In this document: positions 8,174 to 18,909 of the stretch, piece after piece
How the letters are laid out: each line of letters begins with the position of its first letter
How positions within the stretch are numbered: position 1 is the stretch's first letter
Origin: Thermoanaerobaculia bacterium
GTDB lineage: Bacteria; Acidobacteriota; Thermoanaerobaculia; UBA5066
DNA: 64,000 nt
Direction of reading: 5' to 3'
Assembly (NCBI GenBank): GCA_038245905.1
Contig: JBBRRY010000006.1
Coordinates: 32,001-96,000 of the forward strand
Notes under the pieces: generated by a model
The model's input: the letters and a program-made list of their open reading frames with translations, nothing else
What the model was told of the DNA's origin: nothing
The model's database searches: none
Position numbers and translations under genes: made by a program

Positions 8174-10492
8174 CTACTCGAGCGAGATCCGGTCGATTCC
8201 GATCCCGAGTGCGCGCGCGTCCTGCGAGGCGCCCGCATCCTTCGGGACCGTCGTCGGGACGCGAATCCCGAGGCGGACGGGCTCCGGACCCGAGAGGGCG
8301 CGCACGGCCTCGGGCGGGAGCGTGAGAGAGACTTCGCCGAGGCCCGGAGCGACGCGGAGCGTCCCCGCCGGAATGCCGCCGACCTGGACGGCGACGTCTA
8401 CGGGCGTCGCCACCGCGCGCGCGCGGAGCACGAGGCGCGCCGGTGCAAAGCCGGGCACGGGCGAGAAGACGATCGAGGCGTCGCCCGTCGTCCAGCGGAG
8501 ATCGAGGCCGCTGTCTCCGATCCTCTCTCGGCCGAAGAAGCCCACGGGATCGAACCGGCCGTCGTCCGGCGCTCCCAGATCGGCGACGAGCCTGGCTGCC
8601 TGCCGCGTCCAGAGCGCCTCCGGCGGGTAGGAGAACGTCGCCTCTCGAAACGAGAAGCAGCCCCGGGCGGGCCGTGTCGCGCCGTCGAGGACGGGGAGAT
8701 TCCAGGGGCGATCGCACGCGATCACGTATTCCGCGGGTCCCGGCATCGGCCCGAGCACCGCGCGCGGGACGATTGCGAGGTCGAAGGGGCCCGGAGCGAT
8801 CCGGCGCGTCAGGATCTCCCGGCCCGAGACCGCCTCCGTCACGCGCAGAGTCGTTTCCCCTGCCTCGGCCGGGCGGTCGCCCGAGAGCACCGCGCAGAGG
8901 GGACCCTGGTCCGCGGGAACATAGAGATGCGCGGTCGGCCCCGCCCAGCGGAAAGAGGCCAACGCGGGTGCCGACTCCCGCACGCCGAACCCAGGGCCGA
9001 AGAGCGGCGGAGCGGGGTCGCGTACCGCAACGTTGAGCAGCCGCCGGTTTCCAAGGGCCTCGGCCACGCGGCCGCCGCGCGTCCACGACCGCCAGGCCGG
9101 ATCGGTGACGTCAGGCGCTCCCGGCTCCCCCGTGAAGTCCGCGAGGCGCACGAGCCGCTTGTTCATCTGGCGCGGCGCCTGCACGAGCTCTGCGTCCGAA
9201 TAGCCCCACACGACGAGGCGTCCTTCCCACCGCTCGGTCCTGAGAAACGCGTGAAAATCGGGATCGGCCACGATCGTCTCGCGACCGGGATGGACGTAGC
9301 GTTCGAGCATCCGGATCGCCGCCATCGGCGGGGTCTCCTCGCGCGCGCTGGCCCGCACTTCCGGCCACGTCTCGCGCGCGAACAGGAACGCGACGAGGCA
9401 CGCGGACCCGAACGCGAAAACGCCCCGCCGGAGAAGAACCTCGAGCCCGGCGCCGACGGCCAGGAAGAGCACGAGGACGAAGGGCACGGAATAGCGCGAC
9501 ATCGCGCGGCTGTGGAGCAGCCACAGGGAGAGAAAGAGCGGCACGAGGACGAGGGCGAGATCCACCGCGCCACGGCGCCTTCGGAGGGCGAGCACGACGA
9601 GGCCCACGCCCGCGACCGACAGGACGGCCACGGCGCGACGCCACGAGAGAAAATCTCGCACGAGGAAGGAGTCGAGAAGCGTGCCCACCGTGCCCGTCGC
9701 GAGCGCATGCGCGCGGAATCCCGCGCGTTCCGAGAGCGACACGAAGAGCCCCGGCGCACCGCCCGCCTGAGCGAAGAGCCAGACACCCCACGCCGCCGTG
9801 CCGGCCAGAGAGGACAGGACGAAGGTCCATGCCGCGTCGGCCCGGCCCGGACGCGCCATGATCCGGATCGTCCAGACGAGGAGGAGCGGGAAAAAGCCGA
9901 GCAGGAGGTGCGGCCTCACGCCGCAGCCCGCGGCCGTGAGAAGCCCGGCCGCGAGGGCGAGGAGGCGGGCCCGCCGGGCGGAGACGAGATCGCGCCAGCG
10001 CGTCTGGTTCGGCGAGCGGCGCTCTTCGGCATTCGCGAGACAGGCGAGCGCACCGAGGAACAGGGCCGTCGCCGGCGTGTCGGAGAAGGCGCGCCCGCCA
10101 TTGACCCAGACGACCGGAAGCGCATACGCGAGGACGACGCCCGAGAGCGCCGACCAGCCGCCGACGACGCGGCGCCCCCAGAGATAGAGCGCGGGCACGC
10201 TGCACGCGGCGAGCACCGTGGACGCCGTCGCGAGCGCGTTGAACGGCGTCACGCAGAACGCCAGCAGGGCTCGACCCATCAGGATCCAGAGAGGAAAGCC
10301 CGGTGCCTGGGGCGAGAGGTCGAACAGGTCGAAGCGCGAGACGGCCCCGGAGAATATGGCCTCGTCGATCTCTCCCGGCGAGTTTGCCAGCGCGAAGAAA
10401 CGAGAAGCCGCCACGGCTCCGACGACGAGCGCCGCGAGAACGAGGGGCGGCTCGCGGCGCCGGTCGCCGACCCGCCCGATGCGCCTCAACAC
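8174..10492 (-). CDS. Polytopic membrane protein, GT-C (PMT/ArnT-like) glycosyltransferase-like with C-terminal extracytoplasmic domains
   Basis: DE motif in first loop (EIDE), PQAPGFP, many TMs, RYSVP motif, beta-rich C-terminus (FRWAGP / LRWTTG). Confidence 0.6.
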   Translation of the reverse strand: MLRRIGRVGDRRREPPLVLAALVVGAVAASRFFALANSPGEIDEAIFSGAVSRFDLFDLSPQAPGFPLWILMGRALLAFCVTPFNALATASTVLAACSVPALYLWGRRVVGGWSALSGVVLAYALPVVWVNGGRAFSDTPATALFLGALACLANAEERRSPNQTRWRDLVSARRARLLALAAGLLTAAGCGVRPHLLLGFFPLLLVWTIRIMARPGRADAAWTFVLSSLAGTAAWGVWLFAQAGGAPGLFVSLSERAGFRAHALATGTVGTLLDSFLVRDFLSWRRAVAVLSVAGVGLVVLALRRRRGAVDLALVLVPLFLSLWLLHSRAMSRYSVPFVLVLFLAVGAGLEVLLRRGVFAFGSACLVAFLFARETWPEVRASAREETPPMAAIRMLERYVHPGRETIVADPDFHAFLRTERWEGRLVVWGYSDAELVQAPRQMNKRLVRLADFTGEPGAPDVTDPAWRSWTRGGRVAEALGNRRLLNVAVRDPAPPLFGPGFGVRESAPALASFRWAGPTAHLYVPADQGPLCAVLSGDRPAEAGETTLRVTEAVSGREILTRRIAPGPFDLAIVPRAVLGPMPGPAEYVIACDRPWNLPVLDGATRPARGCFSFREATFSYPPEALWTRQAARLVADLGAPDDGRFDPVGFFGRERIGDSGLDLRWTTGDASIVFSPVPGFAPARLVLRARAVATPVDVAVQVGGIPAGTLRVAPGLGEVSLTLPPEAVRALSGPEPVRLGIRVPTTVPKDAGASQDARALGIGIDRISLE

Positions 10493-10569
10493 CGCCCGAG
10501 TGTTTCATTTTTCGGGCTGACAAGGAAACGGTTACAATGACGCTCGATGTCGATTCGACATCCCGCGGG

Positions 10570-11931
10570 ATGAGCATTCCCCGCATCCTGCCTCGCGCCG
10601 AACATCCGATTTCGCGCGGCTATATCGACCCGGACGCACTGCGCGTCCTCTACCGGCTGCACCGCGCCGGCTATAAGGCGTACCTCGTCGGCGGATCCGT
10701 GCGAGACCTCATGACGGGGCGCACGCCCAAGGACTTCGACATCGGCACCGACGCCAAGCCGCAGGAAGTCCGGCGCCTCTTTCGCAACTCGCGCGTGATC
10801 GGGCGGCGCTTCCGCCTCGCGCACATCCTCTTCGAAGGCGGAAAGATCGTCGAGGTGTCGACGTTCCGGAAGACTCCCACCGCGGCCCAGGGCGAACAAG
10901 GGGAGGAGGGCGAGGAGGATCTTCTGATCCGCTCGGACAACACGTTCGGCACGCCGGAGGAGGATGCGCTCCGCCGCGACTTCACGATCAACGGACTCTT
11001 CTACGACATCGCGACGTATGCCGTCCTCGACTTCGTAGGTGGCGTCGAGGATCTCGAGCGGCGGGTCGTGCGCACGATCGGCGACCCCCTCATCCGCTTC
11101 CGTGAGGATCCGGTCCGGATGCTTCGCGCCTGTGAGTTCGCGGGGCGCCTCTCGTTCGCGATGTCCGAAGACGTCCAGGGCGCCATCGCCGAGCTGAAAC
11201 GAGAGGTCACGAAGAGCGCCGCGCCGCGCGTCACCGAGGAGCTCCTCGATCCCTTGAGGCGCGGGTGGGGACACGACACGTACCGCCTCTGGTCGGAGGC
11301 CGGCCTCCTCGACGCGCTCCTGCCGGAGCTCGGCGGCGCCGGCGCCGCCCGCGCGGCGGAGGGAACGGCCGGGAGCCTTCTCTTCGCCCTCCTCCGCGAA
11401 ACCGATGCGCGGCAGTCCGCCGGAAAGAGACTCGAGGACGCCGCCCTTCTGTCCGCCATCTTCCTTCCCGTCGTCTTCGACGCCGTGCGCCGCCGCGGCC
11501 CTTCCGCACCCGCCGGCCCGGGGCAGATCCTGCCGGTTCTCGAGGATGCGGTGAATCCGCTCGGGATCCGGATGGCGCTTCCGAATCACGTGACACAGAC
11601 CGTCAAGCACGTCCTCGAGACGCTCGGACGGCTCACGAGCACGCGTCCTGCGGATCCCGGTGTACGCCGCCTAGCCGGCAGGCCTTACCTGAAAGCCTCG
11701 GTCGCGCTGCTGTCGCTCTATGCGCGCGCCTCGGGCCGCTACCGCGAAGCTGCCGCGGCCTGGGACGAGGCCGTCGAACGCGGCTTCGGAGCGCATGCGG
11801 TTGGCGCGCCGTTCCCCGATGCGTTCGGCCCCCCGCCCGAGCCGTTCCCGTCCGTCCCGGACGGCCGGACCCCCATCCGCAAACGCCGGCGCGGCGGTCG
11901 CCGCCGCAAGCCGCAGGCCGCGCCGGCCTGA
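10570..11931 (+). CDS. pcnB: Poly(A) polymerase I
   Basis: AYLVGGSVRDL..PKDFDI, VIGRRFRLAHI (PAP signature), EDALRRDFTINGLFYD, RFREDPVRMLR; basic C-tail; alternative start 10537. Confidence 0.9.
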   Translation: MSIPRILPRAEHPISRGYIDPDALRVLYRLHRAGYKAYLVGGSVRDLMTGRTPKDFDIGTDAKPQEVRRLFRNSRVIGRRFRLAHILFEGGKIVEVSTFRKTPTAAQGEQGEEGEEDLLIRSDNTFGTPEEDALRRDFTINGLFYDIATYAVLDFVGGVEDLERRVVRTIGDPLIRFREDPVRMLRACEFAGRLSFAMSEDVQGAIAELKREVTKSAAPRVTEELLDPLRRGWGHDTYRLWSEAGLLDALLPELGGAGAARAAEGTAGSLLFALLRETDARQSAGKRLEDAALLSAIFLPVVFDAVRRRGPSAPAGPGQILPVLEDAVNPLGIRMALPNHVTQTVKHVLETLGRLTSTRPADPGVRRLAGRPYLKASVALLSLYARASGRYREAAAAWDEAVERGFGAHAVGAPFPDAFGPPPEPFPSVPDGRTPIRKRRRGGRRRKPQAAPA

Positions 11932-11934
11932 CGC

Positions 11935-12699
11935 TCAGCGCGCTCGGCGCTTCAGCCAGTCGGCGAGGTCGGACTCGAGACGCGGATAGTCGGCGCGCAG
12001 CTCTTCGCGCATGGCCTCTTCGACCGTCGCGTTTTCAGCGAGTCTGTCGAGGAAATGCGCGAGAGCGCCGAAGCCGCGGGTGTCCCGAAGCATCTCGGCC
12101 GCCGCCAGCGAGACCGCATACCCGCTGCGGGCCTGCGCCGCGGAGAAGCCCGCAAATCCGCCCTCGAGGGCGGACAACGAGAACGTACCGCGTGCGGCGT
12201 AGCCGCCCGCAAGCGCGGACGCGTAAGGTGCCGCGCTCTTTCCCTCCTCGACCTGGGCGAGACCCTCTTGGAGCCAAGTCGGAGCGCGTCCCTTCGCCCG
12301 AAAATGGACAAAGCTGTGCGTCATCTCGTGCCGGAGGACGGAAAGGAGCTCCGGCGTGACGCCCGTGATGCCGCGCGCCGGCACCCGCACCCTGCCGTCG
12401 AAGAGGCCGTTCGCCCACGACGGTGCATGTGTCACAGCGTGAAAATCACGCTCGGCATACACGATGACGACGACCTTCTCCGGGGGACCCGTGCCGAAGT
12501 CCCGGACGAGATCGGCATAGGCCTGCTCGAGCGCCGAGAGCAGGGTGCGCTCGAGACCCGCTTCGACACGCTGACCGTCGTAGACGAGGAGGATGCTCGA
12601 GCTCGCGCGCTCCGTGAAACGCTCCTCGACGTGCTGCGCCGTCGCGGACGCGGCCGCGAGTGCGGCGAACGCGAGGATCACGCACAAACCGGAGCGCAT
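11935..12699 (-). CDS. Exported peptidase MA-like metallopeptidase
   Basis: Signal-peptide-like N-terminus; HEMTH...PTWLQEGLA gluzincin motif. Confidence 0.75.
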   Translation of the reverse strand: MRSGLCVILAFAALAAASATAQHVEERFTERASSSILLVYDGQRVEAGLERTLLSALEQAYADLVRDFGTGPPEKVVVIVYAERDFHAVTHAPSWANGLFDGRVRVPARGITGVTPELLSVLRHEMTHSFVHFRAKGRAPTWLQEGLAQVEEGKSAAPYASALAGGYAARGTFSLSALEGGFAGFSAAQARSGYAVSLAAAEMLRDTRGFGALAHFLDRLAENATVEEAMREELRADYPRLESDLADWLKRRAR

Positions 12700-12730
12700 G
12701 CCCTCATGATAAGCCTCCCCGGAAGTTGAC

Positions 12731-13714
12731 TCAGCGCGGCGCGAGGACCCGCAGCTCGATCGAGACGACGTCGTCCAGTCCGCGCCCGGACAACGCGACG
12801 AGGCGCGGCGCGGGCCCGGATACGTCGAGGGCGGGAGAATCGGAAGAAGAGCTTTCTGCGAATGAAAATACAGAGACCACGCCGCTCCGGGAGGTCACGA
12901 CGACGACCGCGGCGGGCGAGACGTCATTGCTCGGAAAGAGACGAGAAACGGGAAGCCCGCCCGGACCCGCAAGGCCTCGAAGCTCCATCATGCTGAATTT
13001 CTTAGAAGGTGAAGAGGGAGTCGTGACCGTGAGCGCCGCCGGTGCCGGCGCTGCGGCTTCCCGTCTCCCGCCAGTCCTCTCCTGAAGTGAATCGTCCGCT
13101 GGTGCCGACGCCGACCTCTTCACGTACGTCGTGCCGCCTTCCAAAGAGCCCCACGTCTGTTTGCCCTTTTCGTCGAAACCCCGGTTCCACTCGGTGAGCT
13201 CGTCCTTCGAGAGGGTCACCTGGGAGGTCATTCGCACGGCGGCTCTGAGGTGCGACGGGCAGTCCTTGCCCGGCGTGCCGCCTTCCCAGCGTTCGCCGGC
13301 CCTCCTCAAGACGATCTCGCATCCGGGCCTCTCGCGAACATCGTTCGCGCCGTAAAGAGCGAGAGTCGAGGGGTCGCGCCACTTGCCGCGCACGATCAGA
13401 GGGTCCTTTGGGTCGAACGCGCGCAGGCGCACGACCTCCCCATCCTCCTCGAGGCCGTAGAAGCGCTGAAACCACGGTTCGCCGACCTTCGGAAGGGCGG
13501 CTTGTTCACGATAGAGAACGGAGGCTCCGTTCGCGATGCGGCTCCTCGGGACCGACACGACCACGATTCGCTCGACGGTACCGCCCGCGGCGCCCTCCTT
13601 CGACTCAAAGGTGCCGGTCATCCAGGCGGCAACCTCCGCGGCCCGGGTCTCGGCGTGGGCGACAGGCCCGGCGGCGAGGAGGAGCACGGCGGCGGCGGCC
13701 CAGCGCGCGTTCAC
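12731..13714 (-). CDS. CpcT/CpeT (chromophore lyase-like) family protein with signal peptide and C-terminal extension
   Basis: WMTGTF, LYREQA, PWFQRFY, GCEIVL, CPS, WNRGFDEKGKQTWGS pattern; GTG overlaps typA stop. Confidence 0.72.
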   Translation of the reverse strand: MNARWAAAAVLLLAAGPVAHAETRAAEVAAWMTGTFESKEGAAGGTVERIVVVSVPRSRIANGASVLYREQAALPKVGEPWFQRFYGLEEDGEVVRLRAFDPKDPLIVRGKWRDPSTLALYGANDVRERPGCEIVLRRAGERWEGGTPGKDCPSHLRAAVRMTSQVTLSKDELTEWNRGFDEKGKQTWGSLEGGTTYVKRSASAPADDSLQERTGGRREAAAPAPAALTVTTPSSPSKKFSMMELRGLAGPGGLPVSRLFPSNDVSPAAVVVVTSRSGVVSVFSFAESSSSDSPALDVSGPAPRLVALSGRGLDDVVSIELRVLAPR

Positions 13715-15549
13715 TCTTCCTCTTCCTCCGTGGGCGCGCCCCGCTTCTCGGACACGCGGCGCATGGAATGGTCGAGGATCCTCTTGCGCAGGCGGATCGA
13801 TTTCGGCGTCACTTCGACGAGCTCGTCGTCCTCGATCCATTCGATGGCGAGCTCGAGAGGCATCAGGCGCGGCGGCGTGAGGCGGATCGCGAAGTCCGAG
13901 CCCGACGAGCGCATGTTCGTCAGGTGTTTCTTCACACACGGATTCACGACGAGGTCGTTCGGGCGCGCGCTCTCGCCGCAGATCATCCCGCCGTAGACCT
14001 CAATGCCGGGCGGAAGAAACAGCGTCGAGCGCTCCTCGAGCCGCTCGAGAGAGTGAGCCGTCGTCTCGCCCGCCTCCTTGCACACCATGGCGCCGCGGCC
14101 TCGGCCCGTCACCTCGCCCTTGAACGGCTCGTAGCCGTGGAAGTTGTGGTACAGGAGCCCCTCGCCCTTGGTGTCCGTCAGGAACTCGTTGCGGTAACCG
14201 AAAAGACCGCGCGTCGGGATGTGAAAGTCGATGCGTACGCGGCCGGAGCCGTGATTCGTCATGTTCGTCATCTCGGCCTTGCGCTGGCCGAGCTTCTCGA
14301 TGACGGTCCCCATCGACGTCTCCGGGACGTCGATGACGAGATGCTCGATCGGCTCGCAGCTCCGCCCGTCGACTTCCTTGAGAATGACCTGGGGGCGCGA
14401 GAGGGCGAACTCGAAGCCTTCGCGGCGCATCGTCTCGACGGTGATCGCGAGGTGCAGCTCGCCGCGGCCCGACACGCGGAACGAGTCGGGGCTGTCGGTC
14501 TCCTCGACGCGCATCGCGACGTTCGTGCGGAGCTCCTTCTGGAGGCGCTCGCCGATGTTGCGGCTCGTGACGTACTTGCCCTCGCGGCCGGCGAAAGGCG
14601 AGTCGTTCACGCGGAACATCATCGACACCGTCGGCTCGTCGACGTTGATCGGCGCGAGCGCGACGGGGTTTTCGAGGTCGGCCAGCGTCTCGCCGATCGT
14701 GACTTCGTCGATGCCCGAGATGACGACGAGGTCGCCGGCGATCGCTTCCTCGACCTCGGCGCGCCGCAGCCCCTCGAAGGCCATGAGCTTCGCGATCTTC
14801 GCCTTCGTGATGGAGCCGTCGAGCTTGCAGACCGACACTTGCTGCCCCGGCTTCACCGTGCCGTTCACGATGCGCCCGATGAGGAGCCGGCCGAGGTAGT
14901 TGTCGTAGTCCAGCGAGGCCACGAGGATCTGTAGCGGGGCCGCGGGATCGCCGCCCGGCTCGGGCACCTCGACGATGATCGCGTCGAGCAGAGGCCGCAC
15001 GTCCGTCTCCGTGTGGTCCACCTCGCGGCGCGCGAAGCCGTGCTTGGCTGACGTGTACACGATCGGGAAGTCGAGCTGCTCGTCCGTGGCGCCGAGGTCC
15101 ACCATGAGGTCGAACACCTCGTCGATGACCTGATGGGGGCGCGCGTCCGGCCGGTCGATCTTGTTCACGACGACGATCGGCTTGAGCCCGAGCTCGAACG
15201 CCTTCCGGAGGACGAAGCGCGTCTGCGGCATCGTGCCCTCGGCGGCGTCGACGACGAGGAGAACCGCGTCGACCATCTTGAGGACGCGCTCCACCTCGCC
15301 CCCGAAATCGCTGTGGCCCGGCGTGTCGACGATGTTCACCTTCGTTCCGTGATAGCGGATCGACGTGTTCTTCGCGAGAATCGTGATTCCGCGCTCTTTC
15401 TCGAGGTCGTTGCTGTCCATGATCCGCTCGGTGCCCGAGACAGCCTCGTTCGCACGGAAAGTGCCGGACTGTTTCAGGAGGCAGTCCACGAGCGTGGTCT
15501 TGCCATGGTCGACGTGCGCGATGATCGCGATGTTGCGGATTCCGGACAT
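13711..15549 (-). CDS. typA: Translational GTPase TypA/BipA
   Basis: [55 protein letters not shown]. Confidence 0.97.
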   Translation of the reverse strand: MSGIRNIAIIAHVDHGKTTLVDCLLKQSGTFRANEAVSGTERIMDSNDLEKERGITILAKNTSIRYHGTKVNIVDTPGHSDFGGEVERVLKMVDAVLLVVDAAEGTMPQTRFVLRKAFELGLKPIVVVNKIDRPDARPHQVIDEVFDLMVDLGATDEQLDFPIVYTSAKHGFARREVDHTETDVRPLLDAIIVEVPEPGGDPAAPLQILVASLDYDNYLGRLLIGRIVNGTVKPGQQVSVCKLDGSITKAKIAKLMAFEGLRRAEVEEAIAGDLVVISGIDEVTIGETLADLENPVALAPINVDEPTVSMMFRVNDSPFAGREGKYVTSRNIGERLQKELRTNVAMRVEETDSPDSFRVSGRGELHLAITVETMRREGFEFALSRPQVILKEVDGRSCEPIEHLVIDVPETSMGTVIEKLGQRKAEMTNMTNHGSGRVRIDFHIPTRGLFGYRNEFLTDTKGEGLLYHNFHGYEPFKGEVTGRGRGAMVCKEAGETTAHSLERLEERSTLFLPPGIEVYGGMICGESARPNDLVVNPCVKKHLTNMRSSGSDFAIRLTPPRLMPLELAIEWIEDDELVEVTPKSIRLRKRILDHSMRRVSEKRGAPTEEEEE

Positions 15550-15616
15550 GGGACCTGCTTTCGAACCGCGGGACCGGATGAGTCGGCCTCGGCGCGGAGG
15601 AGAGAGGTTACCAGAG

Positions 15617-16210
15617 TTACTTTTTCCGGAGGCTGCTCGTGAGGAAGGGCACGAAGTCCTTCCCGGCCGGCGCGAGGTCCATCGAGAGCGCGAGCTCGCC
15701 GTCGGCCTTGTGCGCGAACAGCATCCGCGCCTTCGTTCCGGCCTCGGCATTCAGCAGTTCGCGGGACGTGAGACGTGCGCTTTCCGCCGCGACTTCGACG
15801 TCGAACGTGGCGCTGATGCCCGTCGAAAAGAAATACGACGCGACGTAACGGCGTTTCTCGCGGTCGTAGGCGAAGTACCCCACTTCCTCGATCGTCTCTT
15901 CCTTGCCGTCGTCAGCGGTCAGAATCGTGCTTCCCCGGTGGACGAGGTAGTTCCCGGAGGATTCCGGCGTGAAGCGCGCGACCCGGCCACCTACCCGAGT
16001 CCCCGACTCGGCGACTCCCGACCAGGACCCCACGAGGAAACCCAACTCCTGAAAAGGGCGCCAAGCGGGCACCGCCGCCGTGGGCGCGGCGGCGGCCGTG
16101 GACGGAGCCGGAACCGCCGTCGCCGGGCCGGGAGCCGCCGGGTTCTGAGCCGCGGCCGGGGCCGCGAGAATCAGCGCCAGGAACCCTGAACGGGCGGATC
16201 GGGTCCGCAT
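15617..16210 (-). CDS. Exported hypothetical protein
   Basis: Signal peptide, Pro/Ala linker, [10 protein letters not shown] motif suggestive of a beta-barrel fold. Confidence 0.6.
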   Translation of the reverse strand: MRTRSARSGFLALILAAPAAAQNPAAPGPATAVPAPSTAAAAPTAAVPAWRPFQELGFLVGSWSGVAESGTRVGGRVARFTPESSGNYLVHRGSTILTADDGKEETIEEVGYFAYDREKRRYVASYFFSTGISATFDVEVAAESARLTSRELLNAEAGTKARMLFAHKADGELALSMDLAPAGKDFVPFLTSSLRKK

Positions 16211-16263
16211 CTGGGATTTGTCCTCCTCCGGAACTCTTCTGCGATTATAGACTTACGCGTCAC

Positions 16264-16290
16264 GGAACCGATCCGGCCACTTTCTCGTTA
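16264..16290 (+). promoter_or_regulatory. ECF sigma promoter GGAACC-N16-CGTTA (probable autoregulatory promoter)
   Basis: GGAACC at 16264-16269 and CGTTA at 16286-16290, just upstream of the ECF sigma ATG (16308). Confidence 0.7.
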
Positions 16291-16307
16291 TGAACTTCTG
16301 AGGACCC

Positions 16308-16949
16308 ATGCCGCCTGCGCCCCACCCCGATGCCGAGCTCGTCACCCGCTGCCAGCGGGGCGACGACGGCGCCTGGGCGGACCTCGTGGCCGCCTACGGA
16401 AAAAAGGTCTACGGGATCGCCTGGCACATGACGTATGACCGCGCGGAGGCGGAGGAGCTGACTCAGGACTGTTTCCTGAAAGTCTGGCAGAACCTCGACC
16501 GGTACGAGCCCACCGAGGCCTCGCTCCTCGCCTGGATCGCCGCGCTCTCCCGGAACCTGTGCATCGATCACTATCGCCGGAGGAAGAGGGAGAAAGGCTT
16601 CTCGTTCCTCTCGGACGACGCCGTCTCCGCGCTCCTGCCCTCGACGGACGACCCGCAGGCCGACACCGTACGAAGAGAGCGCGTCCGGATGCTGCTCGAC
16701 GCAATCGGCGAACTGCCGGACGAGCTCGCCGAGGTCGTCATCCTGCGCGATCTCGACGGCCTCGACTACCGCGAGATCGGCGACCTCCTGAAGCTCGCCG
16801 ACGGCACGGTGAAGTCGCGCCTGAACCGCGCGCGCATCGAGCTCGCGCGCCTCGTGCGGGGGCGCGTCGGGGCCTCGGAGGGAGATGGCCGGTCGCTCTA
16901 TTCGCCGTTTGCCGCACGCCCTACGACCGCCACGGGGGGCGCGCGATGA
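16308..16949 (+). CDS. ECF RNA polymerase sigma factor (SigW/RpoE-like)
   Basis: DAELV, AEELTQDCFLKVW, NLCIDHYRR, YREIGDLL..ADGTVKSRLNRAR. Confidence 0.93.
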   Translation: MPPAPHPDAELVTRCQRGDDGAWADLVAAYGKKVYGIAWHMTYDRAEAEELTQDCFLKVWQNLDRYEPTEASLLAWIAALSRNLCIDHYRRRKREKGFSFLSDDAVSALLPSTDDPQADTVRRERVRMLLDAIGELPDELAEVVILRDLDGLDYREIGDLLKLADGTVKSRLNRARIELARLVRGRVGASEGDGRSLYSPFAARPTTATGGAR

Positions 16950-17737
16950 GCGCCGCCTGCCGCGCGTTCGAGCAGCGCCTCGCCGAGGTGCTCGACCGCG
17001 CTCCGGAAGGGGCTGCCGGGCGCGCCGCTCGCGCTCTCGCTACCCACGACGAGCACGCGGCCAAATGCTCCGCCTGCGCGCTGCTGGCGTTGCTCGTCGC
17101 CGGGCATGCGGAGGTGTTCGCCTTCGTCGCCCGCCCGGCGCCCGCGCCCGGATTTCTCGAGCGCCTCTCCGGGACGCCTGCCGGCGCAAGCGCGCGCCAG
17201 CGCGCGGCGGAAGTTCTCTCCTTCCTCACCCCGGGCGCGCTCGCTCGCCCGGAACCGTCTCCGGCTCTTCTCGACCGCCTCCGCGTCGTCCCGGAGCTAC
17301 GGGCCGCCGAAGACGCGTCGAACGTGCGCCGCGGCGTCTTCCTCCGGCTGAAGCCCGTCGCGACCGACTGGCGGTTCGCGGTCGCGGCCGCATACGCAGC
17401 GACGTTCGTGATCGTCGCGCTGCTGCGCATCGACCCGATGTCCGCGGCCCGCGACGCGGCAAACGACCTGACGTCGGCGGGAGAGCGCGCTCTTTCCGAG
17501 GCGCGCGTCGCGGCGGTCCATCGCTTCGACGAGAGCGCCATCGGCCGCGCCGCGACCCCGATTGCGAAACGCCTCGACTACCGCGTCTATCGTGCGTTCG
17601 CCGCGGGCCGGGCCCGCGCCGTCGCTTATTCGCAGCTCATCTACGAGAAGGTCTTCGCCGGCGCCGTCGAGTCCCTGGCGGCTTCGGAGAAGGCGACGAA
17701 AAACCCGGAACCTTCCGGCTCCTTTCGACGTTCCTGA
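16946..17737 (+). CDS. Putative membrane-anchored ZAS anti-sigma factor
   Basis: ATGA overlap with the sigma gene; C...HAAKCSAC (Hx3Cx2C); single TM (FAVAAAYAATFVIVALL). Confidence 0.7.
   Translation: MSAACRAFEQRLAEVLDRAPEGAAGRAARALATHDEHAAKCSACALLALLVAGHAEVFAFVARPAPAPGFLERLSGTPAGASARQRAAEVLSFLTPGALARPEPSPALLDRLRVVPELRAAEDASNVRRGVFLRLKPVATDWRFAVAAAYAATFVIVALLRIDPMSAARDAANDLTSAGERALSEARVAAVHRFDESAIGRAATPIAKRLDYRVYRAFAAGRARAVAYSQLIYEKVFAGAVESLAASEKATKNPEPSGSFRRS
17707..17733 (+). promoter_or_regulatory. Second ECF promoter GGAACC-N16-CGTTC inside the anti-sigma 3' end
   Basis: Same boxes and spacing as at 16264; lies just upstream of the next gene. Confidence 0.6.
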
Positions 17738-17743
17738 AGACAG

Positions 17744-18343
17744 GTGGAAACGATGAACGAGACCAGCGTGAACCCCCAATCCCCGACGCCTCCTTCGCCA
17801 TCGCCGGTGCCGCCTCCCCCCCCGATCGCGTTCGGCTCCTCGGGGCAGCAGCCGGCCGCGCCTCCGCTGCCGAAGAATCCCGGCGCCGCCGGGGCCCTCG
17901 GGATCATTCCCGGCATGGGGCACCTGTACCTCGGCCTCTACCAGCGCGCCGCGATCCTCTTCGGGATCTGGGTCCTGTTCATCTCGCTGGCCGAACACTC
18001 GCACGGTCCCTTCCCGGGCATCGCGATTCCGTTCTGGATGGTCTTCTCCATCATCGACGCGTCGCGCCAGGCGAAGGCGATCAACGCGACGGGCCGGCCC
18101 GAGGCGAATATTCTCGGCTCGGACGAACCCGTAAGAGTGAGCGGCAGCCTCACGGCCGGCATCCTCCTGATCCTGATCGGCGGCTTCCTGCTCTTGAACC
18201 GATTCGTGACGATCGACCTGTCCTTCCTGAACGACTGGTGGCCGATTCTCCTCGTCGCCTTCGGCGCCTGGCAGGTGTTCCGCCACTACCAGAGCAGGCG
18301 GGACGTCGCGAACGACGTCTCGACAGGCTCAATCACCCAATGA
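17744..18343 (+). CDS. Membrane protein (LiaF-TM/DUF5668-like envelope-stress protein)
   Basis: KNPG.A..LG.IPG.GHLY.G motif and GILLILIG..LLL...WWPILLV motif. Confidence 0.7.
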   Translation: METMNETSVNPQSPTPPSPSPVPPPPPIAFGSSGQQPAAPPLPKNPGAAGALGIIPGMGHLYLGLYQRAAILFGIWVLFISLAEHSHGPFPGIAIPFWMVFSIIDASRQAKAINATGRPEANILGSDEPVRVSGSLTAGILLILIGGFLLLNRFVTIDLSFLNDWWPILLVAFGAWQVFRHYQSRRDVANDVSTGSITQ

Positions 18344-18865
18344 CGTGACGAGCACGACCGTCTTTTCGAGGATCGCGCCCGAGCGCGGGTCGATCAGATG
18401 GTCCTCGATGTCGATCTCGAGGGCTCCGTCCGCACGGCTCCACCGTGCGGATTTTCCCCGCCGGCCCGCCGCCTTCGCCACGGAGGCGGCGTTGGCCTGT
18501 ATCGCACCGCTCTTCATTCCATCCCGAAGGTCGGCTTCGAGATTCCGCTCCGCGAAGATGAACCGCGCCTCGGGGAGCTGCTTTTCATAGGCTGCCACGG
18601 ACTCGTCGACGGACTTCGCCGTCGTGTAGGCCACGATGCGGAGCTTCCCGAGGCGTTTTTTGATCTCGGCCTTCTCGGCGGCGCTCCGGGACGTGTCCGC
18701 GTCGAGACGTGCGCTCACGCTCCGCGTCTCGACCGCCGCCCGGTCGCTGAAAACCTGCGTGAGGACGGGATCGATCTCCCCTCCCGGCGGAAACGGGATT
18801 CCCGCGATCGGCGAGGCCGGGTCCGCGAGGACGAGGGCGAGCGCGAGCACGAATGAAACGGCCAT
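18329..18865 (-). CDS. Exported hypothetical protein
   Basis: Signal-peptide-like N-terminus; same orientation as the upstream operon. Confidence 0.55.
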   Translation of the reverse strand: MAVSFVLALALVLADPASPIAGIPFPPGGEIDPVLTQVFSDRAAVETRSVSARLDADTSRSAAEKAEIKKRLGKLRIVAYTTAKSVDESVAAYEKQLPEARFIFAERNLEADLRDGMKSGAIQANAASVAKAAGRRGKSARWSRADGALEIDIEDHLIDPRSGAILEKTVVLVTSLGD

Positions 18866-18909
18866 CTCTTCCCTGCTTCTTTCTCTCTCTCTATTCTAGT
18901 GTCGCCGCC

